From IMG/VR virus record IMGVR_UViG_3300038312_000391, positions 1 through 47,469 of that record: 47,469 nt of DNA. The stretch is one strand, 5' to 3'. Below the pieces are notes generated by a model. The model made no database searches. It was not told where the DNA came from and was given only the letters and a program-made list of their open reading frames with translations. Every line of letters starts with the position of its first letter. The first letter of the stretch is position 1. Of this stretch, positions 1-8,844 are shown in pieces. The position numbers and the translations under genes were made by a program. The stretch is from a virus (lineage: Duplodnaviria > Caudoviricetes).

Positions 1-123
1 AGTCAGCGCCTCGTTCTCGTCCGCAACTTCAAACGCCACATACGGGATCTCCGCCGAAGTAAATTTTCCATTTTTATTGATCGCCTTGGAATGGGCGCTG
101 TAACTCTGCTCGACTTTCGACAT
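1..123 (-). CDS. Partial hypothetical protein downstream of the tape measure gene (probable tail protein), truncated by the window edge
   Basis: ATG at 123-121 directly after the TMP stop; frame MSKVEQSYSAHSKAINKNG... is open to base 1. Function inferred from position only. Confidence 0.6.
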   Translation of the reverse strand, partial: MSKVEQSYSAHSKAINKNGKFTSAEIPYVAFEVADENEALT

Positions 124-124
124 A

Positions 125-2575
125 TCAGTCTCCGTATGTGGTTGTTCCGCCGGAAGAACCCGTCTCCAGCTTCTTCAAATGCTTGTTGGTTTCCTTCTGC
201 TGCTTCACCGATTCCTCGGTGGCTTTGGCCGTGCGCTCCTGGGCGTTGCCGCCGCCGAGCATATCGCCCAGCTCCTCCGCCGACCAGCTGCCCATCGCCT
301 TGTCGCCGGAAATCCCGGCCACTCTGGTTTCGGCGTCCTTGGTGTTTTCGGCGGCAGTGGCGGTTTTCTCTTTGGCTTCATCGACTTGAGCGGCTTTTTC
401 TGCGGCGCGTTTCTTGACTTCGTCCATGGCACTTTGCCACTGGCCTTTCGCCGCCTCGATTTCAGCGGCGGCACCTCCGAGAGCGTCCCGGTAGGCCTGC
501 TGATTCTCCATGATTTCCTGATTCATCGCGTCGTCGATGGATTTGTTGGAGGAATCCCATTCGTCGCCAAGGGCTTTCCGCTCCGATTCACGGCGGTTCA
601 CCGCATCGGCGGATTTCTGCTCACGCGCCGATTTGCGGTCGGAATATTCTTTCTCTACTACGGCGATTTGAGCGTTGACTTCCTCATCGGAATCGAACAG
701 CCCCTTGGTGCGAATCCACGCCTTTTGCAGTTCCAGCACCGTTTTTTCAAAGGTGGTCACAATCCCGTCCCAGATAAAACTCCATGCGTCCTGCATCGCG
801 TCCCCGATCTGTTTCAACCCCATGAGCAAGCCGTACCACAGATTGTTGGCCAGTTTGAGAATGGAATAGACGGTGATCGTCCACGAATCGTCGAGAAAGT
901 TTTTCAGCTCGAACCAAGCCTTTTTCAACGGGAAAAGCCCGGTCAGCCAGACCACTTTCAAGGCCGCCAGCCCGACTTTCGCCGCCCCGGCGAGATCGCC
1001 GGAAGAGAGCGCGATTTTAATGACTTCCCACGTCTGCCCCACGACTTCGCCGATGGCTTTGAATGCCGTCCCGAAATCGGCGGCAAGACCGCGCACCCCG
1101 TCGGCGCAGATGTCCCACGCGCCGGTGAGTTTCCACACTGCCGCGACCAGTACGCCCAAGGCAACGGCCACAAGAACCGCCGGGCTGCTGATGGCCGCCC
1201 ATGTGGCGAGAGCCACAATCTTTACGCCGATGAGAACGGTTTTCAAAAGCGTGAATACCACAATGAGTCCCTTGACCGCCGCAATGGGCGCAAGCACCAC
1301 CACTTTCAAAATCGTAAACACGGTGCAGAGACCGCCGACCGCAAGCGCCATCGCCTTGACGGCGACTCCGGCGACAATCAATGTCGCTCCCAATGCCGCG
1401 ACTCCGGCGATGATTTTCACCGCCATGATGATGACCTCTTTATGCGCGGCGCACCATTCCGCCATGCGGTTGAGCATCTGCGAAATCTTGTCCATGTAGG
1501 GAGCGATGGCGTCGCCGATAATCCGGCCAATGGCGATTTGCACCCCTTCGACAGCAGACATGAATCTGCGGAACGCTCCGCCGATACCGGAATCCATTTC
1601 TTTGGCGGTCTGTGCCGCCAGTCCATTGACCGATTTCAATTTTGCAATGAAAGCGTTCAACTGGTCGATGTTTCCGCCCAGCTGCAATCCGGCCAAAGAA
1701 CCGCGCAAATCGAAAATCTCCTCCGCAAAACCCAGCCGTTTGGCGGTCGGCATCGTTGCCATGGCTTTGGCAATGTCCGCCATAATGTCCGGCATGGAAC
1801 GCAAATTTCCGTTCGCGTCGACGGTGGCGATCCCGATGGATTTCAACTTGTTCTGAATGTCAGTTTTGGCAAACTGGCTGTAGGATTTCCGCAAAGCAGT
1901 TCCGGCCAGCGAACCCTTGATGCCCATGTTCGCCAGCACGCCGAGCGCCCCGGAGACATTGACAATATTGTCTTTCGCGGCGGCGGCCTGCGGACCCGCC
2001 ATCTTCAAGCCCTCCGCAAGGTCGGTCAGCGTCTGCGCCGAACCGTTCGCGGTGGCGGTCAGAATGTCGGCAACATCCGCCATCCTGGAGCTTTCGATTC
2101 CGAACACCCGCATGTTGTTGGCCGCGATTTCGGCGGCTTCGGACAGCTCCGTTCCGGTCGCACGGGAGAGATTCAAAACCGCCGGAATCGCCGCCTCGAT
2201 CTCCTTGGCGTTGAATCCCATGCGTCCCATGGCGGTCATGCCGTCCGCAACCTGTTTGGCCGTGAAACTGGTTTCGCGTCCCAGTTTTTCCGCAACGGCG
2301 GTCAGGGATTTGAATTCCTTTTCGGTCGCACCGGTGACCGCCTTGACCATTCGCATTTGATCGTCGAAATCCGCGAAGGTCTTGGTGGCAAAGGCGAACG
2401 GCGCGGCGGCGATAGTCGCCACCGTCACCATACTTTTCCCGGCTGTTGTGAGAGTGTTGCCGAAATTCCTGATTTTCGTCTGCGCCTGTTTGAGACCGCG
2501 CTCCAGTTTGGTCTGGTCGAGCATGATCTCGACAAACGCCCGTCCGGCCTTTACATTACCGCTTGCTCCCGCCAT
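125..2575 (-). CDS. Phage tail tape measure protein (TP901-like)
   Basis: 816 aa, Ala-rich helical sequence; TMP core (FDDQMRMVKAVTGAT...LGRETSFTA...GIKGSLAGTALR); hydrophobic middle; GAGGTG RBS; follows the tail chaperones. Confidence 0.93.
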   Translation of the reverse strand: MAGASGNVKAGRAFVEIMLDQTKLERGLKQAQTKIRNFGNTLTTAGKSMVTVATIAAAPFAFATKTFADFDDQMRMVKAVTGATEKEFKSLTAVAEKLGRETSFTAKQVADGMTAMGRMGFNAKEIEAAIPAVLNLSRATGTELSEAAEIAANNMRVFGIESSRMADVADILTATANGSAQTLTDLAEGLKMAGPQAAAAKDNIVNVSGALGVLANMGIKGSLAGTALRKSYSQFAKTDIQNKLKSIGIATVDANGNLRSMPDIMADIAKAMATMPTAKRLGFAEEIFDLRGSLAGLQLGGNIDQLNAFIAKLKSVNGLAAQTAKEMDSGIGGAFRRFMSAVEGVQIAIGRIIGDAIAPYMDKISQMLNRMAEWCAAHKEVIIMAVKIIAGVAALGATLIVAGVAVKAMALAVGGLCTVFTILKVVVLAPIAAVKGLIVVFTLLKTVLIGVKIVALATWAAISSPAVLVAVALGVLVAAVWKLTGAWDICADGVRGLAADFGTAFKAIGEVVGQTWEVIKIALSSGDLAGAAKVGLAALKVVWLTGLFPLKKAWFELKNFLDDSWTITVYSILKLANNLWYGLLMGLKQIGDAMQDAWSFIWDGIVTTFEKTVLELQKAWIRTKGLFDSDEEVNAQIAVVEKEYSDRKSAREQKSADAVNRRESERKALGDEWDSSNKSIDDAMNQEIMENQQAYRDALGGAAAEIEAAKGQWQSAMDEVKKRAAEKAAQVDEAKEKTATAAENTKDAETRVAGISGDKAMGSWSAEELGDMLGGGNAQERTAKATEESVKQQKETNKHLKKLETGSSGGTTTYGD

Positions 2576-2701
2576 ATTTCACCACCTCTCTTCGGAAAGT
2601 TTCTGCCCATAAAAAAGCTATCTCTGCCTAATTTTGTTTGAAAATTGTGCAGTATCATGCTATGGTATAGGCAGAATCCATAACTGACAGGAATTTTGAA
2701 C

Positions 2702-3748
2702 ATGAGAACATTTGATTACACGGCACTGCCGACAAAGTTGCTTACGCCCGAAATCAGCGGTCTTGTGTCCGCGATTCATGAGTATCGGGGAAAACAGAAT
2801 TTGTATACCACCGCCAAGCGCGATATTCTGCAAACGTTGCTGGAAGTTGCCGTCATTCAAAGCACCGACGCATCCAACCGTATTGAGGGAATTTTTACCT
2901 CCGACGCCAGACTCAAAGAACTGGTGTTGCAAAAATCCGAACCTGTAAACCGCAATGAGAAAGAAATTGCCGGTTACCGGGATGTGCTGACAACCATTCA
3001 TGAGAATTATGAATACATCCCGGTTACTGTAAATTCGATTTTGCAACTGCACCGCGATCTGTATTCATTTCAGGCAACCGGAATTGGCGGACACTGGAAA
3101 AACAGCGACAATATGATTGCCGAAACCGGAACGGACGGGAAGCAGCATCTTCGCTTCAAAACAGTTCCGGCCTTTGAAACACCGGATGCGATGGAGCGTC
3201 TTTGCCGCGCCTACAACGACGCCGTCAGTGAGGGAACGCACGATCCACTGTTGCTCTCCGTGCTTTTCGTGTTTGATTTTCTTTGCATCCACCCGTTCAA
3301 TGACGGCAACGGACGGATGAGCCGTCTGCTAACCTTGTTGCTGCTTTACCGCAACGGTTACATCGTCGGCAAATACATCAGTTTGGAAATGCTGATAGAG
3401 CAATCAAAACGAACCTATTATGAAACCTTGCAGGAGAGTTCGTCCGGCTGGAATGACGGGGCGAATGATTACATACCGTTTCTGCGATATTTGCTTGGAA
3501 CCGTCTTGAAAGCATACCGTGAATTCTCGGATCGGGTTGAACACACCGTCCTTTCCCGTTCGAATAAAGCGGAACGCATCCGGCTGGTCTTTGAACAAAA
3601 ACTCGGCAAAATTTCTAAAAGCGATATTGCGGAATTGTGTCCCGATATCAGCATTGCCATGATTGAACGGACTCTCAAGCAACTGTTGGACGAGGGATTT
3701 GTCCGAAAAGTCGGAGCGGGGAGAAATACGGCATATGCAAAACGGTGA
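2702..3748 (+). CDS. Fic family protein (class II, autoinhibited) with probable C-terminal HTH
   Basis: Canonical HPFNDGNGRMSR motif; N-terminal SNRIEG fits the (S/T)xxxE(G/N) inhibitory motif. ATG at 2702 (ORF track starts at TTG 2696). Confidence 0.92.
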   Translation: MRTFDYTALPTKLLTPEISGLVSAIHEYRGKQNLYTTAKRDILQTLLEVAVIQSTDASNRIEGIFTSDARLKELVLQKSEPVNRNEKEIAGYRDVLTTIHENYEYIPVTVNSILQLHRDLYSFQATGIGGHWKNSDNMIAETGTDGKQHLRFKTVPAFETPDAMERLCRAYNDAVSEGTHDPLLLSVLFVFDFLCIHPFNDGNGRMSRLLTLLLLYRNGYIVGKYISLEMLIEQSKRTYYETLQESSSGWNDGANDYIPFLRYLLGTVLKAYREFSDRVEHTVLSRSNKAERIRLVFEQKLGKISKSDIAELCPDISIAMIERTLKQLLDEGFVRKVGAGRNTAYAKR

Positions 3749-3750
3749 GA

Positions 3751-3996
3751 TCACTGTTTGCTTCCGCCATATTTCATCACCTCCCGTGTCCGGCTTCCCA
3801 GCATCGTTTTCAGTTCTTTCATCGTCACTTTCTGAACCGGATTTTTCCGCTGGAAATAAGGATTGAAGTCGGCGGGCTTGGCGGATTTCCCTTTCTTGGG
3901 ATCGCGCAGGATGTTCACAACCAAAGCCATAAGGCATGAGGTCTGCGCCCACTCCATTTTGCCGCGCCCCTCGGCCATTTGCACCAATTCGCGCAA
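3751..3996 (-). CDS. Tail assembly chaperone second ORF (T-like; possible frameshift extension)
   Basis: Lies between the chaperone ORF and the TMP; weak own start; frame is open upstream to 4197 in the -1 frame of 4014..4505. Confidence 0.65.
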   Translation of the reverse strand: MRELVQMAEGRGKMEWAQTSCLMALVVNILRDPKKGKSAKPADFNPYFQRKNPVQKVTMKELKTMLGSRTREVMKYGGSKQ

Positions 3997-4013
3997 TGTG
4001 AAGGAATCGGGAT

Positions 4014-4505
4014 TTACTCCGCAGATTCCGGCGCACTCGCCGACAAGCCGGTCAACCGTTCCAGTTCGGAGACCAGTTTGTCTTCGAATTTCCCGTCCGC
4101 CAGCAGACTTTCCATCTTTTTCCGGGCAAGGCTCTCGAAACGGCGCGTCGCGGACAGGATCTTTTGAAACGCCCTCCGTTTCGCCTCCGGGAAAAAATCA
4201 ATGATTTCATCCAGCAGGGCACTCGTCGCATGATCGACGGCATCTCCGGCCATCGCCGCTCCGAATTCCTCGTCGGAAATGTTTTTGGAGTCGGCTTCGG
4301 GCTTGCAGACGGCGTACAGTACGTCCACCAGCAGCACCGGATCGGTCGAAAGCCGTTCCAAGAGTTTCGCGGTGGGATTGTTTTTCGCGTCCAGTTCGAC
4401 GATGGAATTCAAATCCACATCGCAAATCGCCCGGACACGTTTGATCGCCGCGACGTTCACCGCCAGAGTCCAAAGCCGTCCGGCGTTATCGGTAAAACTT
4501 TTCAT
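4014..4505 (-). CDS. Putative tail assembly chaperone (G-like)
   Basis: 163 aa acidic protein directly after the tail tube gene; AAGGA RBS; synteny. Confidence 0.7.
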   Translation of the reverse strand: MKSFTDNAGRLWTLAVNVAAIKRVRAICDVDLNSIVELDAKNNPTAKLLERLSTDPVLLVDVLYAVCKPEADSKNISDEEFGAAMAGDAVDHATSALLDEIIDFFPEAKRRAFQKILSATRRFESLARKKMESLLADGKFEDKLVSELERLTGLSASAPESAE

Positions 4506-4531
4506 GAAATCTTATTCCTTATATATAAGGG

Positions 4532-4942
4532 TTACGTCCACTGCGGCGCACGGGTGGACGCGGTAGGCTTCGCCGTCACGGAAACACTCATCGCTTCCTC
4601 CAGCGGCTGTTCCACCGAAAATCCGGTGATCGACCAGTCCGCGTCAAGACCGTGACCGTCGCCGTCCGTCACGAACAACGCCAGCGGAGTGTTGGAAAAA
4701 TACGCTGTTTGAAACGCGGTGAAGTCCGCATCCTCGGTGTCGTAAAGCATCCCAAACTCCAAACTCGCTTCTTTCAGCGTCGCCACGGACGCTTTCCATC
4801 CCTGTGTCGCACGGGTGGTCACATCGGCGTCGCCGGATTCGAGGTTGAGTGTAAGGTCTTTCACGTTCGTAACCTCAGTCGCGCCGGTCGATCCGGCGGT
4901 TCCCCGAAGCAGTTTTGCATCGAGGCCAAGTACAATTGCCAT
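4532..4942 (-). CDS. Major tail tube protein
   Basis: 136 aa beta-rich (NVKDLTLNLESGDADVTTR...WKASVATLK...ITGFSVEQPLEEAMSVSVT); AAGGAG RBS; synteny. Confidence 0.8.
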   Translation of the reverse strand: MAIVLGLDAKLLRGTAGSTGATEVTNVKDLTLNLESGDADVTTRATQGWKASVATLKEASLEFGMLYDTEDADFTAFQTAYFSNTPLALFVTDGDGHGLDADWSITGFSVEQPLEEAMSVSVTAKPTASTRAPQWT

Positions 4943-4961
4943 AAGAAAAACTCCTTGATAT

Positions 4962-5357
4962 TTATGGTTTTACACTGTCTTTCCACAGCTTCGGCAACTG
5001 CGGAAAAACTTTAATAAGCGTCGGTCCCATGAGTGCTCTTTTCGGGTATTTTCGTCTGCGGTACATGCCGCCGAATTCGTGTGCCGTCATGGATATTCCG
5101 ATGAGGGATTTTGCCGGGCCGATGACCACCGCCATGCGGTGTTTTTCGACGCCGAAGAGAATCGAGCGTTTAAGCAATCCGCGCCGGGTGTGCGGCGGCG
5201 TTCCGGGTGACGAAGATTTGCTGGAACGCGAAACCGCGTTCCGTGCCGCTTTCCGGGTATAAGCTCCTGCCGAACGGAGCGATTTTACACCGCCTTCTTG
5301 AACCGCATTCTTTACCGCTTCGTCATCGAATTCGACCCGGATTTTTGCTCCGGTCAC
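4962..5357 (-). CDS. Putative tail completion/neck protein (HK97 gp10-like position)
   Basis: Basic 131 aa with GLLKRSI...AHEFGG...YPKRALMGP pattern; GTGA overlap with the upstream gene. Confidence 0.6.
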   Translation of the reverse strand: MTGAKIRVEFDDEAVKNAVQEGGVKSLRSAGAYTRKAARNAVSRSSKSSSPGTPPHTRRGLLKRSILFGVEKHRMAVVIGPAKSLIGISMTAHEFGGMYRRRKYPKRALMGPTLIKVFPQLPKLWKDSVKP

Positions 5358-5749
5358 GCTTTCACCAGTTTGAACGTCAATTCAATGACGCTGGTGAACT
5401 GGCCGCGTTCCCGCAGATGCTCCGGGCTGTAAATGGGATTGTAGGCAACGCAGACGCAAGTCGCTCCGGCGAGTTTTTTGTTCAGAAAGCCCAGTCCCAA
5501 TCCCTCGACGAATCGGAGCATATCGTCCAGTCCATCCTCGTCGCACCGTTTCAAAACTCCAATTTGAACTTTCGGCAATTCCTCATGCGCCGCACGGGAG
5601 AGCGTTTTGTATTCGGTGGAAAGCGGAACCACCACCACGCGCATATCGTCCAAATCCCGCAATTCAAATTCCGGGAAAAAGGATACTTCCGCATGGTATT
5701 CGGACAGTTCCGCCGCCACCGCGTTTGCAATATTCAGCACTTCCGACAT
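5354..5749 (-). CDS. Putative tail terminator / head-tail connector protein
   Basis: Acidic, about 131 aa, in the head-tail cluster; ATG 5749 follows GGAGG (track start 5767). Confidence 0.55.
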   Translation of the reverse strand: MSEVLNIANAVAAELSEYHAEVSFFPEFELRDLDDMRVVVVPLSTEYKTLSRAAHEELPKVQIGVLKRCDEDGLDDMLRFVEGLGLGFLNKKLAGATCVCVAYNPIYSPEHLRERGQFTSVIELTFKLVKA

Positions 5750-5753
5750 TTTT

Positions 5754-5993
5754 TCACCTCCGCACAAATTCCATCACGATGTTCCCGATGGCGGCCAAGA
5801 GAGCAATCAGCGCCGCCCCCAATGCGGACATCATCGTTTTCTGCATGTCGGCGGCAGGTTTGCACGGCGGATAATGGTGCTGCTTGTCTTCAAAGTGCAT
5901 TTTGACCATGCCCTTCAATTCAGCAAGCTCAAGTCTTGACTGATTCACAGCCTCCCAGAGGTCGCGGTGATTGGGAATTTCAATATCTGCCAT
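5754..5993 (-). CDS. Small protein with coiled coil and C-terminal transmembrane segment
   Basis: 79 aa; hydrophobic ALGAALIALLAAIGNIV; TAATG coupling with the upstream gene. Confidence 0.6.
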   Translation of the reverse strand: MADIEIPNHRDLWEAVNQSRLELAELKGMVKMHFEDKQHHYPPCKPAADMQKTMMSALGAALIALLAAIGNIVMEFVRR

Positions 5994-6484
5994 TATTCGC
6001 CTCCGATTTCATTACCCCGAAAAGTTGCCAAACTTCGCTCACGGAGCTCGTGTCCTGCTTCGCAGGCTTCGGGTACTTTTTGGGGACCCCGGCTCTCCGA
6101 TGTTCCGTGCGGCATTGCCGTACTCACATCTGCGAGTATGGAACCTGTTTCTTTTGTGTGAATACGCCGTGTCCAGTGATACGTTCCCGACCATCGCCAC
6201 ACCGGTTCGCCGTTGGGCGCAAGCACCTCATAACGGCATCCGTTATAGACGATGGCATCTCCTCGTTCGGGATCGTTTTCCAGCTCCGAAGCCGCAATCA
6301 GAAAATCACGGCTTTCGGTGCGGACGGTCACGCCGTACTGGTCTTCGGCACGGAACAGCGTTTTTCCCAACGTCACATTGACTTCAATGCGCTTTCCGTC
6401 CCGGCGGACATACTCCGCCGGAACGGAAAGCTCTTTCAGACGCTGATATTCCAGCCATTCCGCCGCCTGTTCAATCATCCCCAA
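5993..6484 (-). CDS. Putative head closure/head-tail joining protein carrying an in-frame 47-aa insertion
   Basis: PERGDAIVYNG.RYEV...RIHTK pattern and position after the DUF2190 gene; C-terminal extension maps to a palindromic insert. Confidence 0.65.
   Translation of the reverse strand: MGMIEQAAEWLEYQRLKELSVPAEYVRRDGKRIEVNVTLGKTLFRAEDQYGVTVRTESRDFLIAASELENDPERGDAIVYNGCRYEVLAPNGEPVWRWSGTYHWTRRIHTKETGSILADVSTAMPHGTSESRGPQKVPEACEAGHELRERSLATFRGNEIGGE
6011..6151. repeat. 141-bp palindromic (REP/MITE-like) in-frame insertion
   Basis: TTTC direct repeat at 6007-6010 and 6148-6151; IR CCCCGAAAAGT (6015-6025)/ACTTTTTGGGG (6075-6085); inner hairpins CCTGC-TTC-GCAGG, CGGCA-T-TGCCG and TACTC..GAGTA. 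Confidence 0.7.
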
Positions 6485-6487
6485 CGG

Positions 6488-6838
6488 TTATTCGCCGGTG
6501 ACGGTCGCGGTGAACGGCGCGTTGAGAAGAAAACGCACACTTTCATCGGCGGACTCGGCGGCGAGAATCGCCTTGCCGAGATACAGGTTGTCAGTCGCGG
6601 TCGTGGTGACCTTGGAATTGGTGGCGTCCCAGTAGACGGCGGCGCCAACGGTGATTGCGCCGGTCGCTTTCGGCGCGTCAAAAACTCCGACCACGGCAAG
6701 CGAACCGAGCGTATTGGCGGCGATATCCAGCCGGGCGATCCCAATCAAAGTCCCTTGAACAATAACAGTTCCGGCGGCAACGGCTTCGGACGGACGGTAG
6801 TCGATGGCTTTGCCATCCTGTACAAATCGAGCGATCAT
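6488..6838 (-). CDS. DUF2190 family capsid cement/decoration protein
   Basis: MIARFVQDGKAIDY...G.FDAPK.TG...GAAVYWD signature; follows the capsid gene; AAGGAG RBS before ATG 6838. Confidence 0.85.
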   Translation of the reverse strand: MIARFVQDGKAIDYRPSEAVAAGTVIVQGTLIGIARLDIAANTLGSLAVVGVFDAPKATGAITVGAAVYWDATNSKVTTTATDNLYLGKAILAAESADESVRFLLNAPFTATVTGE

Positions 6839-6867
6839 AGAAAAACTCCTTGAATTTGAGGTTAAAA

Positions 6868-8844
6868 TCAGTTGGCGGAACCGTTGGCTTTGACCATGCC
6901 GCGATGATCCTGCTCTCTCACACCGAGGTCGAAATACACCCGGAACCACATGCCCAGCGTATTGAAATCGGTCTCGCCGCGTTCAACTGTCGGAGTGCGT
7001 TTCCCGTTCAAATACCCCACCTCGAACGTGTCAACCTGTCCCGGCGCGCCGAAGAGATACCAGGCGGCGTTGGAGTTGCCCTCGTATGCGCTGTTGGCAA
7101 GATACGGGCTGGAAACCACCTGCAGATTTTCATCCGCGATGACATTCAGCGACGGACGGACAACATTGTCCGAACCTCCCGCCATGATGAGAGTCGCTCC
7201 CTGCGTCAGTTCGATGGCGAGGTGTTTCAACGCCGTCGGCACGAGCAGGAAACGAGGTTCGACGCTGATGGGCTGGCCGTCGGCGTCCACTTGGTCAAGG
7301 AACAACTGAATCGCCTTTTTGATGGAATCGGCACTCAATGCGGAAGTCGCACCAGTCAGCAGATTTTTGTGTCCGCTGTGGAACAGAGCCTTGCCGTCAA
7401 TCTGCGTCGGATTCTTCAAAAGACGGCTGAAAAACAGCTGGTCAATCAGCCGCGCCGCGCGGTTGCCCATCGCGGTCGGAACTTTCATGAATGCGCCCAG
7501 ATCGTCGTTGATGATCATCTTTCGGGTAAGGCAAAATTTCTTGCCATACGTTTCTAGTTGATTCTTAGCACTTTCCTCCACAAGACCGCCGTCCTTGATC
7601 TCGCCGTCGGCGGCAATCGGCATCAGATCGCCGACATCCGTCAAACGGAAGCGATCATTCTCCTTGAAGTCGTTGAGGTCTCCGGTGGAACACAGTTTCG
7701 TCGCGATGACCGGCTGGGCTTCATAGGACTGCAACAGCTTTTTATTGGCGACATTCGACAGGATGCCGGGAAGCGAAACGGAACTGAAAGCCGCGCGGAT
7801 GGTCTCGTTGTCAAATCCGCGGCTGTAGGGGATGCCGTCCATTTTCATACACTCGATCAGCAACTGGCGAAGCGGCATATCCATATCCGCCATACCGGCT
7901 TCCACGGTCTGCGCTCCATAGGATTTCTCCAGCATGTTGGCACTCACGCCACAGCGGAGGCACATCGCCGCCTCAATGGTTTTCCGCATTTCGCCGCCTT
8001 CGGGACGCGCTTTCACGCTCACGTGGACACTGGCGGACGGACGTTCGGCGCGAATGGTTTCCAGCACCTTTTTCGTGGTGACTTCGGGAGTCCATCCGGC
8101 GCTCACCGCCTCTTTTTCGATTTCCGGGAATTCCCCGTTGCAAATCGACTGGATCGCGCCGACACGTTCGCGCTCGGCTTTCACCGCGTTCACGGCCGCG
8201 TCATTGGCGGTCGCCGCAACATCGACTTCAGCCTTTGCCTGCACGTCCGGCGTACCCTGCGGTTCATCATGCTTTTCCAGTTCGGCATCGGCGGCTCCGG
8301 CGGTCAGATTCTTGTTTTCCTCGGTCATAACTTCTCCTTGAATGGGTTTGAGATTTTTCAAATTAAACTGGGCGGTGACTTTCATTTTTGTTGAGGCGTC
8401 CGCTCCCACCGCCACAACGGAGACTTCCCTCAGCACGGACTTTTTGACGTGGTAAAACGGTCCGTCAATCTGCTGGCCGTTCACCTCCCGCGAACCTTTC
8501 ACCAGTTCGCATTCGCGGACATCCGCTCCGATGGAGAGCTGCCAGTCCGCTCCGGCTTTGGACTGCGCCACAATATCCTGCGCGTCTTTGCTGTCGGAGA
8601 CGATTTCTCCGACGATTTCCAGTGAAGCGTTTTTGACGCTTGCCGTCACCATGCCGACACGGGCGTCGGTCTTGTTTTCATGGTTTGTCAGAAGCGGCAC
8701 ATTTTCGGGAATACTCATCCCGGCGAGGTCGACCACCACAGGAAATTTCCATCCCGGCAGATTCATCTTTCCGCCGCCGTAAGCGAGTCCGGCAACTTTC
8801 GGTTTTGCACCGTTCGCCGCTTCTATGAGCGTAAAATCACTCAT
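6868..8844 (-). CDS. Prohead protease-major capsid protein fusion (Mu gpT-like capsid domain)
   Basis: N-terminal PLLTNH...WQLSIGA...LREVSVVAVGAD protease motifs; C-terminal TYGKKFCLTR.MIINDDLGAF, DGKALFHSGHKNL, PRFLLVP capsid motifs. Start 8844 overlaps the portal stop. Confidence 0.9.
   Translation of the reverse strand: MSDFTLIEAANGAKPKVAGLAYGGGKMNLPGWKFPVVVDLAGMSIPENVPLLTNHENKTDARVGMVTASVKNASLEIVGEIVSDSKDAQDIVAQSKAGADWQLSIGADVRECELVKGSREVNGQQIDGPFYHVKKSVLREVSVVAVGADASTKMKVTAQFNLKNLKPIQGEVMTEENKNLTAGAADAELEKHDEPQGTPDVQAKAEVDVAATANDAAVNAVKAERERVGAIQSICNGEFPEIEKEAVSAGWTPEVTTKKVLETIRAERPSASVHVSVKARPEGGEMRKTIEAAMCLRCGVSANMLEKSYGAQTVEAGMADMDMPLRQLLIECMKMDGIPYSRGFDNETIRAAFSSVSLPGILSNVANKKLLQSYEAQPVIATKLCSTGDLNDFKENDRFRLTDVGDLMPIAADGEIKDGGLVEESAKNQLETYGKKFCLTRKMIINDDLGAFMKVPTAMGNRAARLIDQLFFSRLLKNPTQIDGKALFHSGHKNLLTGATSALSADSIKKAIQLFLDQVDADGQPISVEPRFLLVPTALKHLAIELTQGATLIMAGGSDNVVRPSLNVIADENLQVVSSPYLANSAYEGNSNAAWYLFGAPGQVDTFEVGYLNGKRTPTVERGETDFNTLGMWFRVYFDLGVREQDHRGMVKANGSAN

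Noticed and set aside
179-2641. 820-aa plus-strand ORF
   Set aside because: Antisense shadow of the tape measure gene; no motifs and atypical composition.
5754-5993. Holin call for the small membrane protein
   Set aside because: Only one hydrophobic segment and no endolysin nearby; left as a hypothetical membrane protein.
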